From: Candidatus Latescibacterota bacterium
Lineage (GTDB): Bacteria; Latescibacterota; UBA2968; UBA8231
Assembly: GCA_965215195.1 (NCBI GenBank)
Contig: CBDCDC010000001.1
Coordinates: 1,056,001 to 1,120,000, forward strand
Direction: 5' to 3'
DNA length: 64,000 bases
Each line of letters starts with the position of its first letter. Positions within the stretch are counted from its first letter, which is position 1. This document shows, piece by piece, positions 9,817-18,966 of this stretch. Under the pieces are notes generated by a model. It had not been told where the DNA came from. It searched no databases and saw only the letters and a program-made list of their open reading frames with translations. The translations under genes and the position numbers were made by a program.

Positions 9817-12111
9817 ATGTATCACCGTCTGCTCAAAATCGCCCTGTGGAGCGGCGGTGCTTTGCTCTGGCTAGCGGGTGTGGTCGCGGCCGAGCAGGTC
9901 CGCTTTGACGCGGCCAATGAGTGGCGGACTTGGCGTTTGCCGCTGGGGATTGTTGCACTCGACGCGGCCGGCGTGATCCGCCCGGTCGAAATTCGCAAAA
10001 ACGCCGACCCGGTGCGCAATGCCGCGGCCTTTGGCGGGGGCATTCGGGCGGCGGGTTCCAATCGGCGGGACGCGGCCTTGGTCATGGACGGGGATCCGCT
10101 GACCGGCTGGGCACCCGACCCGGACGCGGCCTTAGACGACCGCTGGATCGAGATCGACTTGGGACGAGCCGTGGCCGCGCGCCGGGTCGCGCTGACCTTT
10201 TTGGATGCCGCTCGGCCGTGTGCGCTGTTCGACGTGTTGCTTTCTACTGGGGAGCCAGCCATCGACGTGGTCGGCAACCCCATTGCAGGCAGCCTCGTGT
10301 ACCGCGTACAGGAGCGCTTCAAGGAAAACCAACGGCAGGGGGTCGCGCTAGAATTGGACCCGGTACGCGACCCGTTTGTGCAATTTATTCGCGTCGAAGT
10401 GCTCAACTGTGGTGCCGGGGCCGCGCTGGCCGAGGTGGAGGTCGAAGCCATCGGCGACAACCTCGCCTTGGATCTGGCGGCCAAGGGCGGGGACTTGGAA
10501 ATCATCGTGGATATCGACGGCTTTGGCGACGCGGCGTCGTTTGCCAACTCCCTGCCGCTGGCCGACGGCCGCTTTTCACTGTGGACGGAAAACCGCCGCA
10601 TCAACCGCTCGGTGGATGTAATCTCGCGCATGACCTTGGACTTGGGCGCGGTCTTTTGGGTGGATTTGGTGCGCATCGTGGGGGATTTTTTGTCGCGGCC
10701 AGGGCAATTCCGCTTCAACTTCGACCGCTACGAGGTGCTGACTGCGGATGGATCGCTGGCACCAGATGGTACGCGGATATGGCATCGGCAATTCGCCGGC
10801 AAGGCCACGCGGTCCAATCGCCAGCTCGGGATCGCCAACCACCACTTTGAGCCGATTGAGACGCGCTACGTGCGGGTCGAATGGGTGTTTTGGGACGCGG
10901 CCTGCGCGGCCGCTTGCGTGGGCTGTGGCATTGTGCCGCCCTGCCAGTTTTGGGGCGGTACGCGCGAGCTACAGATCTTTGGCGAGGGCCATCCGCAGCG
11001 GGTGGTGTTGCCCTCGCCCCTGATCGACCTCGGCGGCGACAAGCAGGTCCACGCGATCCACTGGCGGGCCGACGCACCCGCTGGGACGCGGGTGGAGGTG
11101 CGCAGCCGCACGGGCAATGACCTGCAAATGGACATCACCTATCGCGACAAAAATGGTCGGGTCGTCTCCGAGCGCAAGTACAACAAGCTCATTCCGTCCT
11201 TTAAGGGCCGGATCGACACCGCCCTGTCGCCGGGGGCCAATTGGAGCCCGTGGAGCAAGCTGTACTTGCAGCCGGGCGAGCCGTTTTCTTCGCCTTCGCC
11301 GCGGCAATACGCCGAGCTGGAGGTCGCCTTGGTGTCCGAGCGGTCGGATGCGGGGGTGGCTTTAGATTGGCTGGAGATCGAGTTCGGCGATCCGGTGGCG
11401 CAAGAAGTGGTGGGGGAGATTTTTCCGGTTGAAGTGCAGCCCGGGGAGCCGACCGAGTTTGCCTATTACATTCGTCCGCAGCAGGTGGCGGGTTCGGGCT
11501 TTGATCACTTGGAGGTGGAGACCTCCGCGCCGATTGAGTTCGTGGCGGTGTTGGTGGCGGGCGAGGTGGTGGAGGCGATGGCCGAGCCGACGGCCGGGGG
11601 GTTGGCCATCGCCTTGGCTGCGCCGGTCAAGAGCCGTCAGCTAGTGGAGTTGCGCTTTGCTGGAACCGTGTTTGTCGATGCCACGCGCTTTGACGCCTTT
11701 ATTGCCCAAGGCTCGGCCGACGCCCTGTTGCGGCAGCGGGTGGATGCCGGCGACGCGTACGCGGAGGTCGCCAGCAGCACAAATGCCGTGCGCTTGCCCG
11801 TAGGGGCGCGGCTGTTGGCCAACGTGGCGATGGGGCCGCTGGCGTTGACGCCCAACGGCGACGGGGTCAACGACGCGCTGCGGGTGGAATTCGATTTGGT
11901 CAATGTCTTGGCCGCACGGTGGATCGGCCTGCGGATTTTCGACCTTGCGGGGCGGGTGGTGTGGGCGCGGGAAGAGGAGGGCGCGGCCGGTGGGCGGGTT
12001 TGGGTTTGGGACGGCCGGGGGGCTGCCCCCGGGCTGTACGCGGCGGAATTGCGCGTCGAGGGGGACGGGGAAAGCGATAGTCGGCGGCGCGTGGTCGCCG
12101 TTGTCTACTAG
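9817..12111 (+). CDS. Secreted discoidin-like/FlgD-Ig domain protein
   Basis: Signal peptide; MDGDPLTGW...WIEIDLG; WSPWS; LTPNGDGVND...IFDLAGR...WDGR...PGLY. Confidence 0.8.
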   Translation: MYHRLLKIALWSGGALLWLAGVVAAEQVRFDAANEWRTWRLPLGIVALDAAGVIRPVEIRKNADPVRNAAAFGGGIRAAGSNRRDAALVMDGDPLTGWAPDPDAALDDRWIEIDLGRAVAARRVALTFLDAARPCALFDVLLSTGEPAIDVVGNPIAGSLVYRVQERFKENQRQGVALELDPVRDPFVQFIRVEVLNCGAGAALAEVEVEAIGDNLALDLAAKGGDLEIIVDIDGFGDAASFANSLPLADGRFSLWTENRRINRSVDVISRMTLDLGAVFWVDLVRIVGDFLSRPGQFRFNFDRYEVLTADGSLAPDGTRIWHRQFAGKATRSNRQLGIANHHFEPIETRYVRVEWVFWDAACAAACVGCGIVPPCQFWGGTRELQIFGEGHPQRVVLPSPLIDLGGDKQVHAIHWRADAPAGTRVEVRSRTGNDLQMDITYRDKNGRVVSERKYNKLIPSFKGRIDTALSPGANWSPWSKLYLQPGEPFSSPSPRQYAELEVALVSERSDAGVALDWLEIEFGDPVAQEVVGEIFPVEVQPGEPTEFAYYIRPQQVAGSGFDHLEVETSAPIEFVAVLVAGEVVEAMAEPTAGGLAIALAAPVKSRQLVELRFAGTVFVDATRFDAFIAQGSADALLRQRVDAGDAYAEVASSTNAVRLPVGARLLANVAMGPLALTPNGDGVNDALRVEFDLVNVLAARWIGLRIFDLAGRVVWAREEEGAAGGRVWVWDGRGAAPGLYAAELRVEGDGESDSRRRVVAVVY

Positions 12112-13061
12112 CAGTTGTGCCTGTCCGCCAACAGTTTCTTACACCAGGTGATTTGGGTGTTGAGGCCGTACTCCAGGGCGGTGTTGGGGGCGAAGCCGAG
12201 CATAGATCGCGCCTTGTCGATATTGGCCCGCGTATGGGTCTGATCACCAGGGCGCGGCGGAAGAACTTTCAGGCGAGCCTTCTCGCCCAAAATTTTTTCC
12301 ACGATCTCAATCCCGCGCCTTGTCGTCGTCTCGATATCCGAGCCAATGTTGAAAATTTCACCTGCACACTGGTCTGGGTGATCGAGGACCGCGAGGAGTC
12401 CGGCTACGGCGTCTTGTACAAATGTATAGGCGCGCTTGTGGTCCTGACTGCCGTCGTATAAAGGGAAATCCTCGCCTTGCAAGATGCTGCTTATCAGCTT
12501 CATGTAGAGTTTTTCTGGGCGCTCGCGCGGGCCATAAACAGAGAATAGGCGCATGGAACACACGGGCAACTTGCGCTCGCGCCAGTACGCCAATGCCAAT
12601 TGCTCGGCGGCGAGCTTGGTCGCGCCGTAGTAGGAGATGGGCGCGGGCACGGCAGTCTCGGCGGCCGTGGCACGCCGTCCATAGACCGACGAAGTAGAGA
12701 TGTTGACTAGGAAAGGTCGTCGCTTGCTCCTCGCGCACGCTTCGAGTAAGGCGCGGGTGGCGACTAGATTGTTGCGCACGTACGCGTCTGGAGGAACGCG
12801 AGCGGCAAGGCCGGGTTGGGCTGCAAGGTGGAATACCAGTTCGGCGTCTGCAAGTGCCCCCTCCAACTTGTCGCAGGCCAAGTCCAACTGCTCGATTCGC
12901 ACCCCGGCATCTGCCAGCTCGCACGCGTTGCGCCTCTTCATCCAGACCGGATAGTAGTCGCTGAAAGCATCGACGCCAACTACGTTGTGCTCGAGGGACG
13001 CTAGCCGTTCGCAAAGATGCGATCCCACAAAACCTGCGGCACCTGTTACGACAATCTGCAC
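12108..13061 (-). CDS. NAD-dependent epimerase/dehydratase (UDP-glucuronate 4-epimerase-like)
   Basis: TGAAGFVG, STSSVYG, YGATK, RLFSVYGPRERP. Confidence 0.92.
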   Translation of the reverse strand: MQIVVTGAAGFVGSHLCERLASLEHNVVGVDAFSDYYPVWMKRRNACELADAGVRIEQLDLACDKLEGALADAELVFHLAAQPGLAARVPPDAYVRNNLVATRALLEACARSKRRPFLVNISTSSVYGRRATAAETAVPAPISYYGATKLAAEQLALAYWRERKLPVCSMRLFSVYGPRERPEKLYMKLISSILQGEDFPLYDGSQDHKRAYTFVQDAVAGLLAVLDHPDQCAGEIFNIGSDIETTTRRGIEIVEKILGEKARLKVLPPRPGDQTHTRANIDKARSMLGFAPNTALEYGLNTQITWCKKLLADRHNC

Positions 13062-13220
13062 GACACCCTTCTATGTTCTGTACACTGTTCGCGTCTGACG
13101 AAAGCGGCGGAAATGTTTAGTTAGTCAATGAGACTGTTTAGTATAACCAACATCTGTAAATATGGCTAATCAATGACGTAAGTCGATGTATTTTCTATAT
13201 GTAGAACGCCTCGTTACCTA

Positions 13221-13337
13221 CTTCCAAGCCTTTGAAAATTTTTACCTGACGGGCATTCGCGGGCGAGACGCCCTCGATCCCAGCGGCTTGGAGTCAAGGC
13301 CGAGAGCGAAACCCTAGTTTTCAGATGGCTTCTTAAG
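13221..13337. repeat. Possible degenerate miniature element containing a REP-like hairpin
   Basis: Hairpin TCGCGGGCG-AGA-CGCCCTCGA (13257-13277) is related to the MITE hairpin; ends are weakly inverted (AAGCC..TGAAAA / TTTTCA..GGCTT). Confidence 0.35.
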
Positions 13338-13473
13338 GCGGGCAAGGAACTGGTGCTCAAATGCCACCCACCGGACTTTGCCGAGCCTTCTTAGGCCCGA
13401 CCCGCTCTTGGCACTATATTATGGAATTAATACGCGAAACCACTAGCGTCGTTCAGGCGCGGGAGAACGGAAT

Positions 13474-14136
13474 ATGAGACTGATCCTCGTAGGTTGCGAA
13501 TACGTCGGCAAGACGACCTTAGCTGGCGAAATTGTCGGTTGGATTGAGCGCACCTTTGGCTCGTCGCGCACCTTCCACGACCACTTCAGCCTGCCGTGCA
13601 ACGAGTTCCCCGTAGAGGAACAGGAGCAACTGCTGGCACTTAGTCCGCGGCTGAAGGAAATGTTCCAGCGCTACATGATGAACTACCACTTCCATCCCGC
13701 CTTTTACAGCGACCCGGACCACAACTTGGTGGGTTTCCACCTTGAAGAGGCCGTGTACGCGCCCCTGTACTACGGCTACGGGGGCCGAGGCGAGTACGCC
13801 GACCGCGCCGCACTGGCTCGGGCCTTCGACGAGGAGATCATGCAGCACGCGCCCGATACGGTACTCGTGCTGCTGCGCGCCCGGCCCGAAGTCATTGCCC
13901 AGCGCATGCGCGAGCAGCCGCACGAGCGGCCGGTGGTGCAAGAAAAGGATATCGAATGCGTGTTGCAGCGCTTTGAGGAGGAATTTAGCGACTCGCTCAT
14001 CCGCAAGAAATTCGCCCTCGACACGTCCGACGCCACAGTAGAGCAGACCTTGGCGGAATTCACCGGGGAGATAAAAAAGCACCTCAGCGAAGCCGACCGC
14101 TTGCGCCTTTTGGCCCATCAGAACTGGCCGACCTAG
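13474..14136 (+). CDS. P-loop nucleotide kinase-like protein
   Basis: LILVGCEYVGKTT; PDTVLVLL.ARPEVI..R; LDTS. Confidence 0.75.
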   Translation: MRLILVGCEYVGKTTLAGEIVGWIERTFGSSRTFHDHFSLPCNEFPVEEQEQLLALSPRLKEMFQRYMMNYHFHPAFYSDPDHNLVGFHLEEAVYAPLYYGYGGRGEYADRAALARAFDEEIMQHAPDTVLVLLRARPEVIAQRMREQPHERPVVQEKDIECVLQRFEEEFSDSLIRKKFALDTSDATVEQTLAEFTGEIKKHLSEADRLRLLAHQNWPT

Positions 14137-14139
14137 GCC

Positions 14140-15612
14140 ATGCCGCAGCCCTTTCTCGACTGGTATGGCGTATGGGCCGGTCAAGCCGGCATCGCCGGCG
14201 GCCAAGCTTGGGTGCAAGACCCGCCGGTTGGCGTGCGCTTGGCCGTGCAGGAGGCGCGCAAATCCCCGGTTTTTATTAAGCCGGAGCATCCTTGGGAAGC
14301 GGGTGGCCTGACGCCGCAAGCCGTGCTCTGCGATGGCGGTGTGCTGAAGATGTGGTACATCGCCCGCGGCGCAGGGGACGACCCCCCCCCCTTCATCGCG
14401 TACGCCGAGAGCGCGGACGGCTTTTGTTGGGAGCGACCAGCCCTGCATTTGCAAGAGTACGGCGGCAGCACGGCCAACAACCTGCTCTTTCGCTTTGGCG
14501 ACTTTGGGCTGCAATCCGCATTTGTGGATCCGGCGGCCCCACCGCAGGCTCGTTACAAAGCGATGGCGCGCGATTCCATTACCTATCACGAGGGCGTGCC
14601 GGTGCCGGCGATGACGCGGGAGCGCAAGTGGGCCATTCGCCGCGCCATGACAGAGGCCGGCTACACGCCAGAGCAGCGAGCCGCCGCTTTGTATTTCGTC
14701 GGCTTGCTCAAAGGGGCGGTGTCGCCCGACGGCAAGCAGTGGACGTTTTTGCAGGAGCCGCTTTTGAACGTGGGCCGCACCGGACTCGACAGCCACAACA
14801 TCGCCGCGTACGACGCGGAAGCCGGCCAATACGTGGCCTATTTGCGCGGCCATCAGCATCGCCGCCGCATCGTGCGCCGCACCGAGGGCGCGGAGTTTGG
14901 GAAATGGTCGCGGCCGCGCCCGGTATTCGGCGCGGACCCGCAAGATCCCATCGACGACGACGTGTACGCGTCGGGCTATTGCCGCTATCCCCACGGCGGC
15001 TTCCACCTGATGTTCCCGGCCATGTACCACCGCTGGACGGCCACGATAGATGTGCAATTGGCGACCAGCCGCGACGGCTCCTTGTGGAGCCGGCCCGAGC
15101 GCAAGCCCATCATCTCCCGCGAGCCTGAGGGGTACGGCATGGTGTTTGCCTTCCCGGAATTGGTCCCGCTCGGCCCGGAGACGTGGGGCGTGATGTTCAT
15201 CGGGCAGTACGACTTGCACGACTGGGGCGAGCGGCGCGATCCGGGCCGTCCTGCGGAATGGCGTTGGGCCACTTGGAAGCGGGATCGGCTGGTAGCTCTC
15301 GAAGCGCCGGTGGAGGGGCGCGCAACGCTGGTTGAACGCGCGTGCGAGGGCTGCGAGTTGACGCTCAATTTTCAGACGCAAAAGGAAGGCGGTTGGATCA
15401 AAGCCGAGCTGGTTGAGCCGCCCGCTTCGCCGGCCGCGCCGGTGCAGGCCATAGCGGGCTTTGGGGTACAGGAAGCCGACGCGCTGGCTGGCGACGAGTT
15501 GGCCGGGGTGGCGACGTGGCGGGGAAGCAGCGATTTGTCGGCCTTGCGCGGCAGGCAGGTGGCCATTCGCCTGCATCTATCCCGGGCGAAGGTGTTTGCG
15601 GTGGAGATGTAG
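14140..15612 (+). CDS. Hypothetical GH32-like beta-propeller protein
   Basis: PEHPWE, Asp-boxes ESADGFCW, VSPDGKQW and TSRDGSLW; paralog of 35821..37281. Confidence 0.7.
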   Translation: MPQPFLDWYGVWAGQAGIAGGQAWVQDPPVGVRLAVQEARKSPVFIKPEHPWEAGGLTPQAVLCDGGVLKMWYIARGAGDDPPPFIAYAESADGFCWERPALHLQEYGGSTANNLLFRFGDFGLQSAFVDPAAPPQARYKAMARDSITYHEGVPVPAMTRERKWAIRRAMTEAGYTPEQRAAALYFVGLLKGAVSPDGKQWTFLQEPLLNVGRTGLDSHNIAAYDAEAGQYVAYLRGHQHRRRIVRRTEGAEFGKWSRPRPVFGADPQDPIDDDVYASGYCRYPHGGFHLMFPAMYHRWTATIDVQLATSRDGSLWSRPERKPIISREPEGYGMVFAFPELVPLGPETWGVMFIGQYDLHDWGERRDPGRPAEWRWATWKRDRLVALEAPVEGRATLVERACEGCELTLNFQTQKEGGWIKAELVEPPASPAAPVQAIAGFGVQEADALAGDELAGVATWRGSSDLSALRGRQVAIRLHLSRAKVFAVEM

Positions 15613-15613
15613 G

Positions 15614-15955
15614 TTGGGCCGCCAGGACCGCGAAGGGTGGGGTGCCAAGGTGATTGACCGTCTGTCCCATGACCTACGCGATGCCTTTCCGGACATGCGG
15701 GGGTTGTCGCCGCGCAACCTCAAGTACATGCGCGCCTTCGCCGCCGCTTGGCCGGACCGCGCAATTGTGCAACGCACCGTTGCACAAATTCCTTGGCGCA
15801 GCAACGTGACCCTGCTCGACAAGGTCACGGACGCGCAAACTCGCCTGTGGTACGCCCAAAAAGTCCGTGAGGAAGGTTGGAGTCGGGATGTGCTGGCGAT
15901 GCAGATCGAGACCAAGCTACACGAGCGCGAGGGCAGGGCTGTCACCAACGATTGA
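15614..15955 (+). pseudogene. YhcG/DUF1016 N-terminal fragment
   Basis: GWGAKVIDRLS.DL...FP.MRGLSPRNLKYMRAFA...QIPW...WY....GWSR.VL..QI; lacks a start and the C-terminal nuclease domain. Confidence 0.85.
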
Positions 15956-15985
15956 GGCTGAGTTGTCCGGGTGGGAGAATGGGGA

Positions 15986-16510
15986 ATGAATGCCGACCGG
16001 AAAATCATTGTCATCGCCGGACCCAATGGCGCGGGAAAAACGACCTTTGCACGGGAGCATTTGCCGCACGAAGCTGAATGTCCCGCCTTTGTCAACGCCG
16101 ACCTGATCGCAGCGGGTCTGTCTCCTTTTCAGCCGGAAGCCGCTCTTTTTCGCGCTGGCCGGTTGATGTTGGAGGAAATTAAAAATCACGTGCAGCAGCG
16201 AAGAAGTTTTGCCTTTGAAACTACCTTGTCTGGTCTCGGCTATGCCAGCATGATCCCGCGCTGGCGCAGCGACGGTTATGCGGTCAAGCTGATATTTCTG
16301 TCGCTGGCAACGCCGGAAGAAGCGATCAAGCGGGTTGAGTTGCGCGTAAGGCAAGGCGGCCACCGCGTTCCACCGGAGGTCATTTGCCGCCGCTTTGCGA
16401 GTGGTTTGCAGAATTTTCAGAATACGTATCGCCACATCGTCGATTATTGGCAGTGGTTTGATAATGGTGGCCGCATTCCCAAATTGATTGATGAAGGAGA
16501 AAACCCATGA
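15986..16510 (+). CDS. Zeta-toxin-like P-loop ATPase (COG4185-type)
   Basis: IAGPNGAGKTT, FVNADLIA, FETTLSG, RVRQGGH.VP. Confidence 0.85.
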   Translation: MNADRKIIVIAGPNGAGKTTFAREHLPHEAECPAFVNADLIAAGLSPFQPEAALFRAGRLMLEEIKNHVQQRRSFAFETTLSGLGYASMIPRWRSDGYAVKLIFLSLATPEEAIKRVELRVRQGGHRVPPEVICRRFASGLQNFQNTYRHIVDYWQWFDNGGRIPKLIDEGENP

Positions 16511-16704
16511 AAGAGCCGAAGCAACCAATCCCCGTCTCTAAACTTGACGATCCCGCTATGCAGGCTGTCCCCATTGCGTTATACCGCGCTGCTAGACGTG
16601 CGCACAAAATCGCCCATCAGCATAAGACCGGGGTGGTGATTATGGAAAAAGGCAAGGTCATCGAGATTGAACCGGATCCGGAGATGTACGAGGAGAAGAA
16701 GTAG
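16507..16704 (+). CDS. Small protein coupled to the zeta-like ATPase (putative antitoxin)
   Basis: ATGA overlap; AL.RAARRA..IA....TGVVI...GKV pattern typical of partners of this ATPase. Confidence 0.7.
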   Translation: MKEPKQPIPVSKLDDPAMQAVPIALYRAARRAHKIAHQHKTGVVIMEKGKVIEIEPDPEMYEEKK

Positions 16705-16807
16705 AATAGTGCAACAGCTCGTTGCCCAAATTGTGCAAGAAATTCCTCGGCGAAGGCTCCACTACCGAGTTCAAATGAGCTAGGTCCTCCGCCCTCGGGC
16801 GGGAGAT

Positions 16808-16846
16808 TTGCGCCTTTGCCACTTTTGTATATGCTTATTGTATATC
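16808..16846 (+). promoter_or_regulatory. vapBC promoter/operator region
   Basis: Two TGTATAT boxes 13 nt apart overlapping -10-like hexamers. Confidence 0.45.
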
Positions 16847-16872
16847 CAAATTGATTAAAGCGAGGTTATAGC

Positions 16873-17109
16873 ATGGCAACGGCACACACGAAAGTTTTTA
16901 TGAGCAACAAGAGCCAAGCGGTGCGGCTGCCCAAGGCCGTTGAACTGCCGGAATCGGTGCGCGAGGTCGATATCGTCGCGATAGGGTCAAAGCGCGTTAT
17001 TACTCCTGCTGGCGAGAGTTGGGATGAGTGGTTCAACGGACCCGGTGTTTCGGATGATTTTATGTCGGTACGGGAACAGCCGGCCGATGCACGGCGAGAA
17101 AAACTGTGA
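16873..17109 (+). CDS. vapB: VapB antitoxin (AbrB/SpoVT fold)
   Basis: TKVFMSNKSQAVRLPK...SWDEWF...VSDDFM..REQP. Confidence 0.93.
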   Translation: MATAHTKVFMSNKSQAVRLPKAVELPESVREVDIVAIGSKRVITPAGESWDEWFNGPGVSDDFMSVREQPADARREKL

Positions 17110-17510
17110 TGCTCAGGTATCTGCTAGATACCAATGTGGTGATTTATGCCATCAAGAACCGCCCCCAATCGCTGCGGCAAAAATTCAATCGGTCGCAAGG
17201 TCAGATGGCGATTTCTTCCGTAACTTGGGGCGAACTTGTCTATGGCGTTGAACGCTCCGCCCAACCCGAGCGCAATCTGGCGGATATTGAATCGCTGGGC
17301 ACTAGGCTTGAGATCATGCCGTTTGACCAAGTTGCAGCCAGCCATTTTGGTCGAATCCGTGCAGAGCTGTATCGCGTTGGTGCTCCGATTGGCCCCTACG
17401 ATATGATGATCGCGGGTCAGGCGCGTGCGTCCGGGCTAGTTTTGGTAAGCAATAATGTAAAAGAGTTTGAAAAAGTTCCGGGGCTCATGCTGGAAAACTG
17501 GGTCCGCTGA
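17109..17510 (+). CDS. vapC: VapC PIN-domain toxin
   Basis: YLLDTN, GELVYG, IGPYDMMIAGQA, NNVKEF..VPGL.LENW. Confidence 0.95.
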   Translation: MLRYLLDTNVVIYAIKNRPQSLRQKFNRSQGQMAISSVTWGELVYGVERSAQPERNLADIESLGTRLEIMPFDQVAASHFGRIRAELYRVGAPIGPYDMMIAGQARASGLVLVSNNVKEFEKVPGLMLENWVR

Positions 17511-17567
17511 TTGGAAGCGGTCTGGCGGCCTGCACCCGGCCGCCCCGGCGATAAGCACGTCAAGGTC

Positions 17568-17624
17568 GAAAGGGCCTGCGACCTGCTTGTCCCGCGCCTG
17601 ATGACCGGCGAGATAACAATATGA
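17568..17624 (+). pseudogene. hsdS: Last 18 codons of a Type I RM specificity subunit
   Basis: ERACDLLVPRLMTGEITI*, matching the HsdS terminal RDLLLPRLMSGEI motif. Confidence 0.65.
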
Positions 17625-17645
17625 ACAGTTGAAGGAGATGGTCTG

Positions 17646-17699
17646 ATGAGCGCGAAAACCTTGTTCTTGGCATGGCAAGACCAGCCTTTGGACTCTTAG
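17646..17699 (+). pseudogene. N-terminal stub of a HIRAN-domain-type protein
   Basis: AAGGAG RBS, then MSAKTLFLAWQD followed by an early stop. Confidence 0.45.
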
Positions 17700-17840
17700 C
17701 AATAAGCACTTGACCGCTTGCGCTGGATATGCGCTCATTAACCGTTGTTTCCGTTGCGCGCCGAGAAAGGAGGGGCTTGAGCAGAGGCGAGCGGGTGTGC
17801 TTTTTGTCGAGTTGTTTTACTCTAAAACGAGGAGGATTGC

Positions 17841-18773
17841 ATGAGAACGCATGCACAGATGCTTTTGGGAGGAGCCTTGGTGCTCCTCGTCAGCGCGACC
17901 GCTTGGGGGCACGTGGGGGTTGAGTATTTTTATCCGCAGGTGCCCGATCCAGCCTCTATGGTCATGGACGGCAAAGCCGACGACTGGGGCTGGCTCGACC
18001 AAGAGGAGTTTGCCATCACCACCGAGCAGATGTTTGGCCAGCAGGGCGAAGAGATTTCGCGCGACGATATCGACGTAGCCTTCTGGATGGCGTGGAGTGC
18101 GCCGCCGGACAATCAGTTCTACTTCTATGCGGTGGTGACCGACGACACGCTCAAGCTGCTCGAATCCGATCAGAAGCGCTGGTGGTCGGACGACATCATC
18201 CAGATCACGTTTGATGCCGATCACTCCGGCGGCGACTTCTTGGGCGAAAACTTGGACCACGTGCTCAATGGCCAGCGCTACCACCTCCGCATCAATCCGG
18301 GGCCGGGCCAGCCGGTTGCGTACAACAGCCAGCTCGAATACATCGACCTGCCGGAGATCGGCTGGAGCTCGGATGTGTTCAACGGCGAGCCAACGCCTTG
18401 GTTTGAGGTGGGCTGGACCCTGCTGCCGTCGGGGGCCGGGCACGGCTCGACCAATGTCACGTGGACCATGGAGTTCCGCTGTGCCCTGTGGGACAGCTAT
18501 GCGACGACGCCCGAGGAGAGCGTGCGCCACGTGTTCGCGGAAAATCAGGTGATACACGTCGGCCCCAAGTTCAACGACCGCGAGCCAGTGGCCTCGGATG
18601 AAGCGTCGCCGTTCCGGCACAACTTGCTGCCCTTGGGCTCGGCCGCCGCGCAAGACCAAAAGGGCGATCAGATGCCCGACTGGATCGGCTTGGGTACCGA
18701 CGACGAGCCGACGGCCGTGGAGGAAACTTCGTGGGGACGGGTTAAGAGCCATTTGCAAGGCCAGTTGGAGTGA
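17841..18773 (+). CDS. Secreted CBM9/DOMON-like protein with a C-terminal SWG tail
   Basis: Signal peptide; MDGKADDW, FYFYAVVTDD, DDIIQITFD, WTMEF; ends TAVEETSWGRVKSHLQGQLE. Confidence 0.75.
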   Translation: MRTHAQMLLGGALVLLVSATAWGHVGVEYFYPQVPDPASMVMDGKADDWGWLDQEEFAITTEQMFGQQGEEISRDDIDVAFWMAWSAPPDNQFYFYAVVTDDTLKLLESDQKRWWSDDIIQITFDADHSGGDFLGENLDHVLNGQRYHLRINPGPGQPVAYNSQLEYIDLPEIGWSSDVFNGEPTPWFEVGWTLLPSGAGHGSTNVTWTMEFRCALWDSYATTPEESVRHVFAENQVIHVGPKFNDREPVASDEASPFRHNLLPLGSAAAQDQKGDQMPDWIGLGTDDEPTAVEETSWGRVKSHLQGQLE

Positions 18774-18801
18774 AGTGGGAAAACGTCAAACGGCTAACGC
18801 G

Positions 18802-18835
18802 AGCGGTGTCGGAAGGAGCGTGCCGACACCGCTTT
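18802..18835 (+). terminator. Probable terminator
   Basis: 11-bp stem AGCGGTGTCGG/CCGACACCGCT followed by a short T run. Confidence 0.65.
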
Positions 18836-18966
18836 GCTGTTTGCAGGGGAAAATTTCACCCTTCCAGCGAGGGGTTTCTATCAAATGCCACCGACCCCAT
18901 AAGGCCATCCCCCACGCTTGTCTAAACAGACGCCCCTACACAAATGACCTATTCAGAGTTTACGAG

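Noticed and set aside
13519-15576. Long antisense ORFs (also 26557..28164, 17817..18758, 39264..40316)
   Set aside because: They overlap well-supported genes on the opposite strand, carry no motifs, and are expected at high GC.
15614-17699. Integron cassette array
   Set aside because: No attC-like RYYYAAC...GTTRRRY palindromes recognised between the genes and no intI.
17700-17835. Riboswitch or ncRNA in long leaders (also 20755-20860, 29250-29400)
   Set aside because: No conserved aptamer motif recognisable by eye; an Rfam/Infernal scan would be needed.
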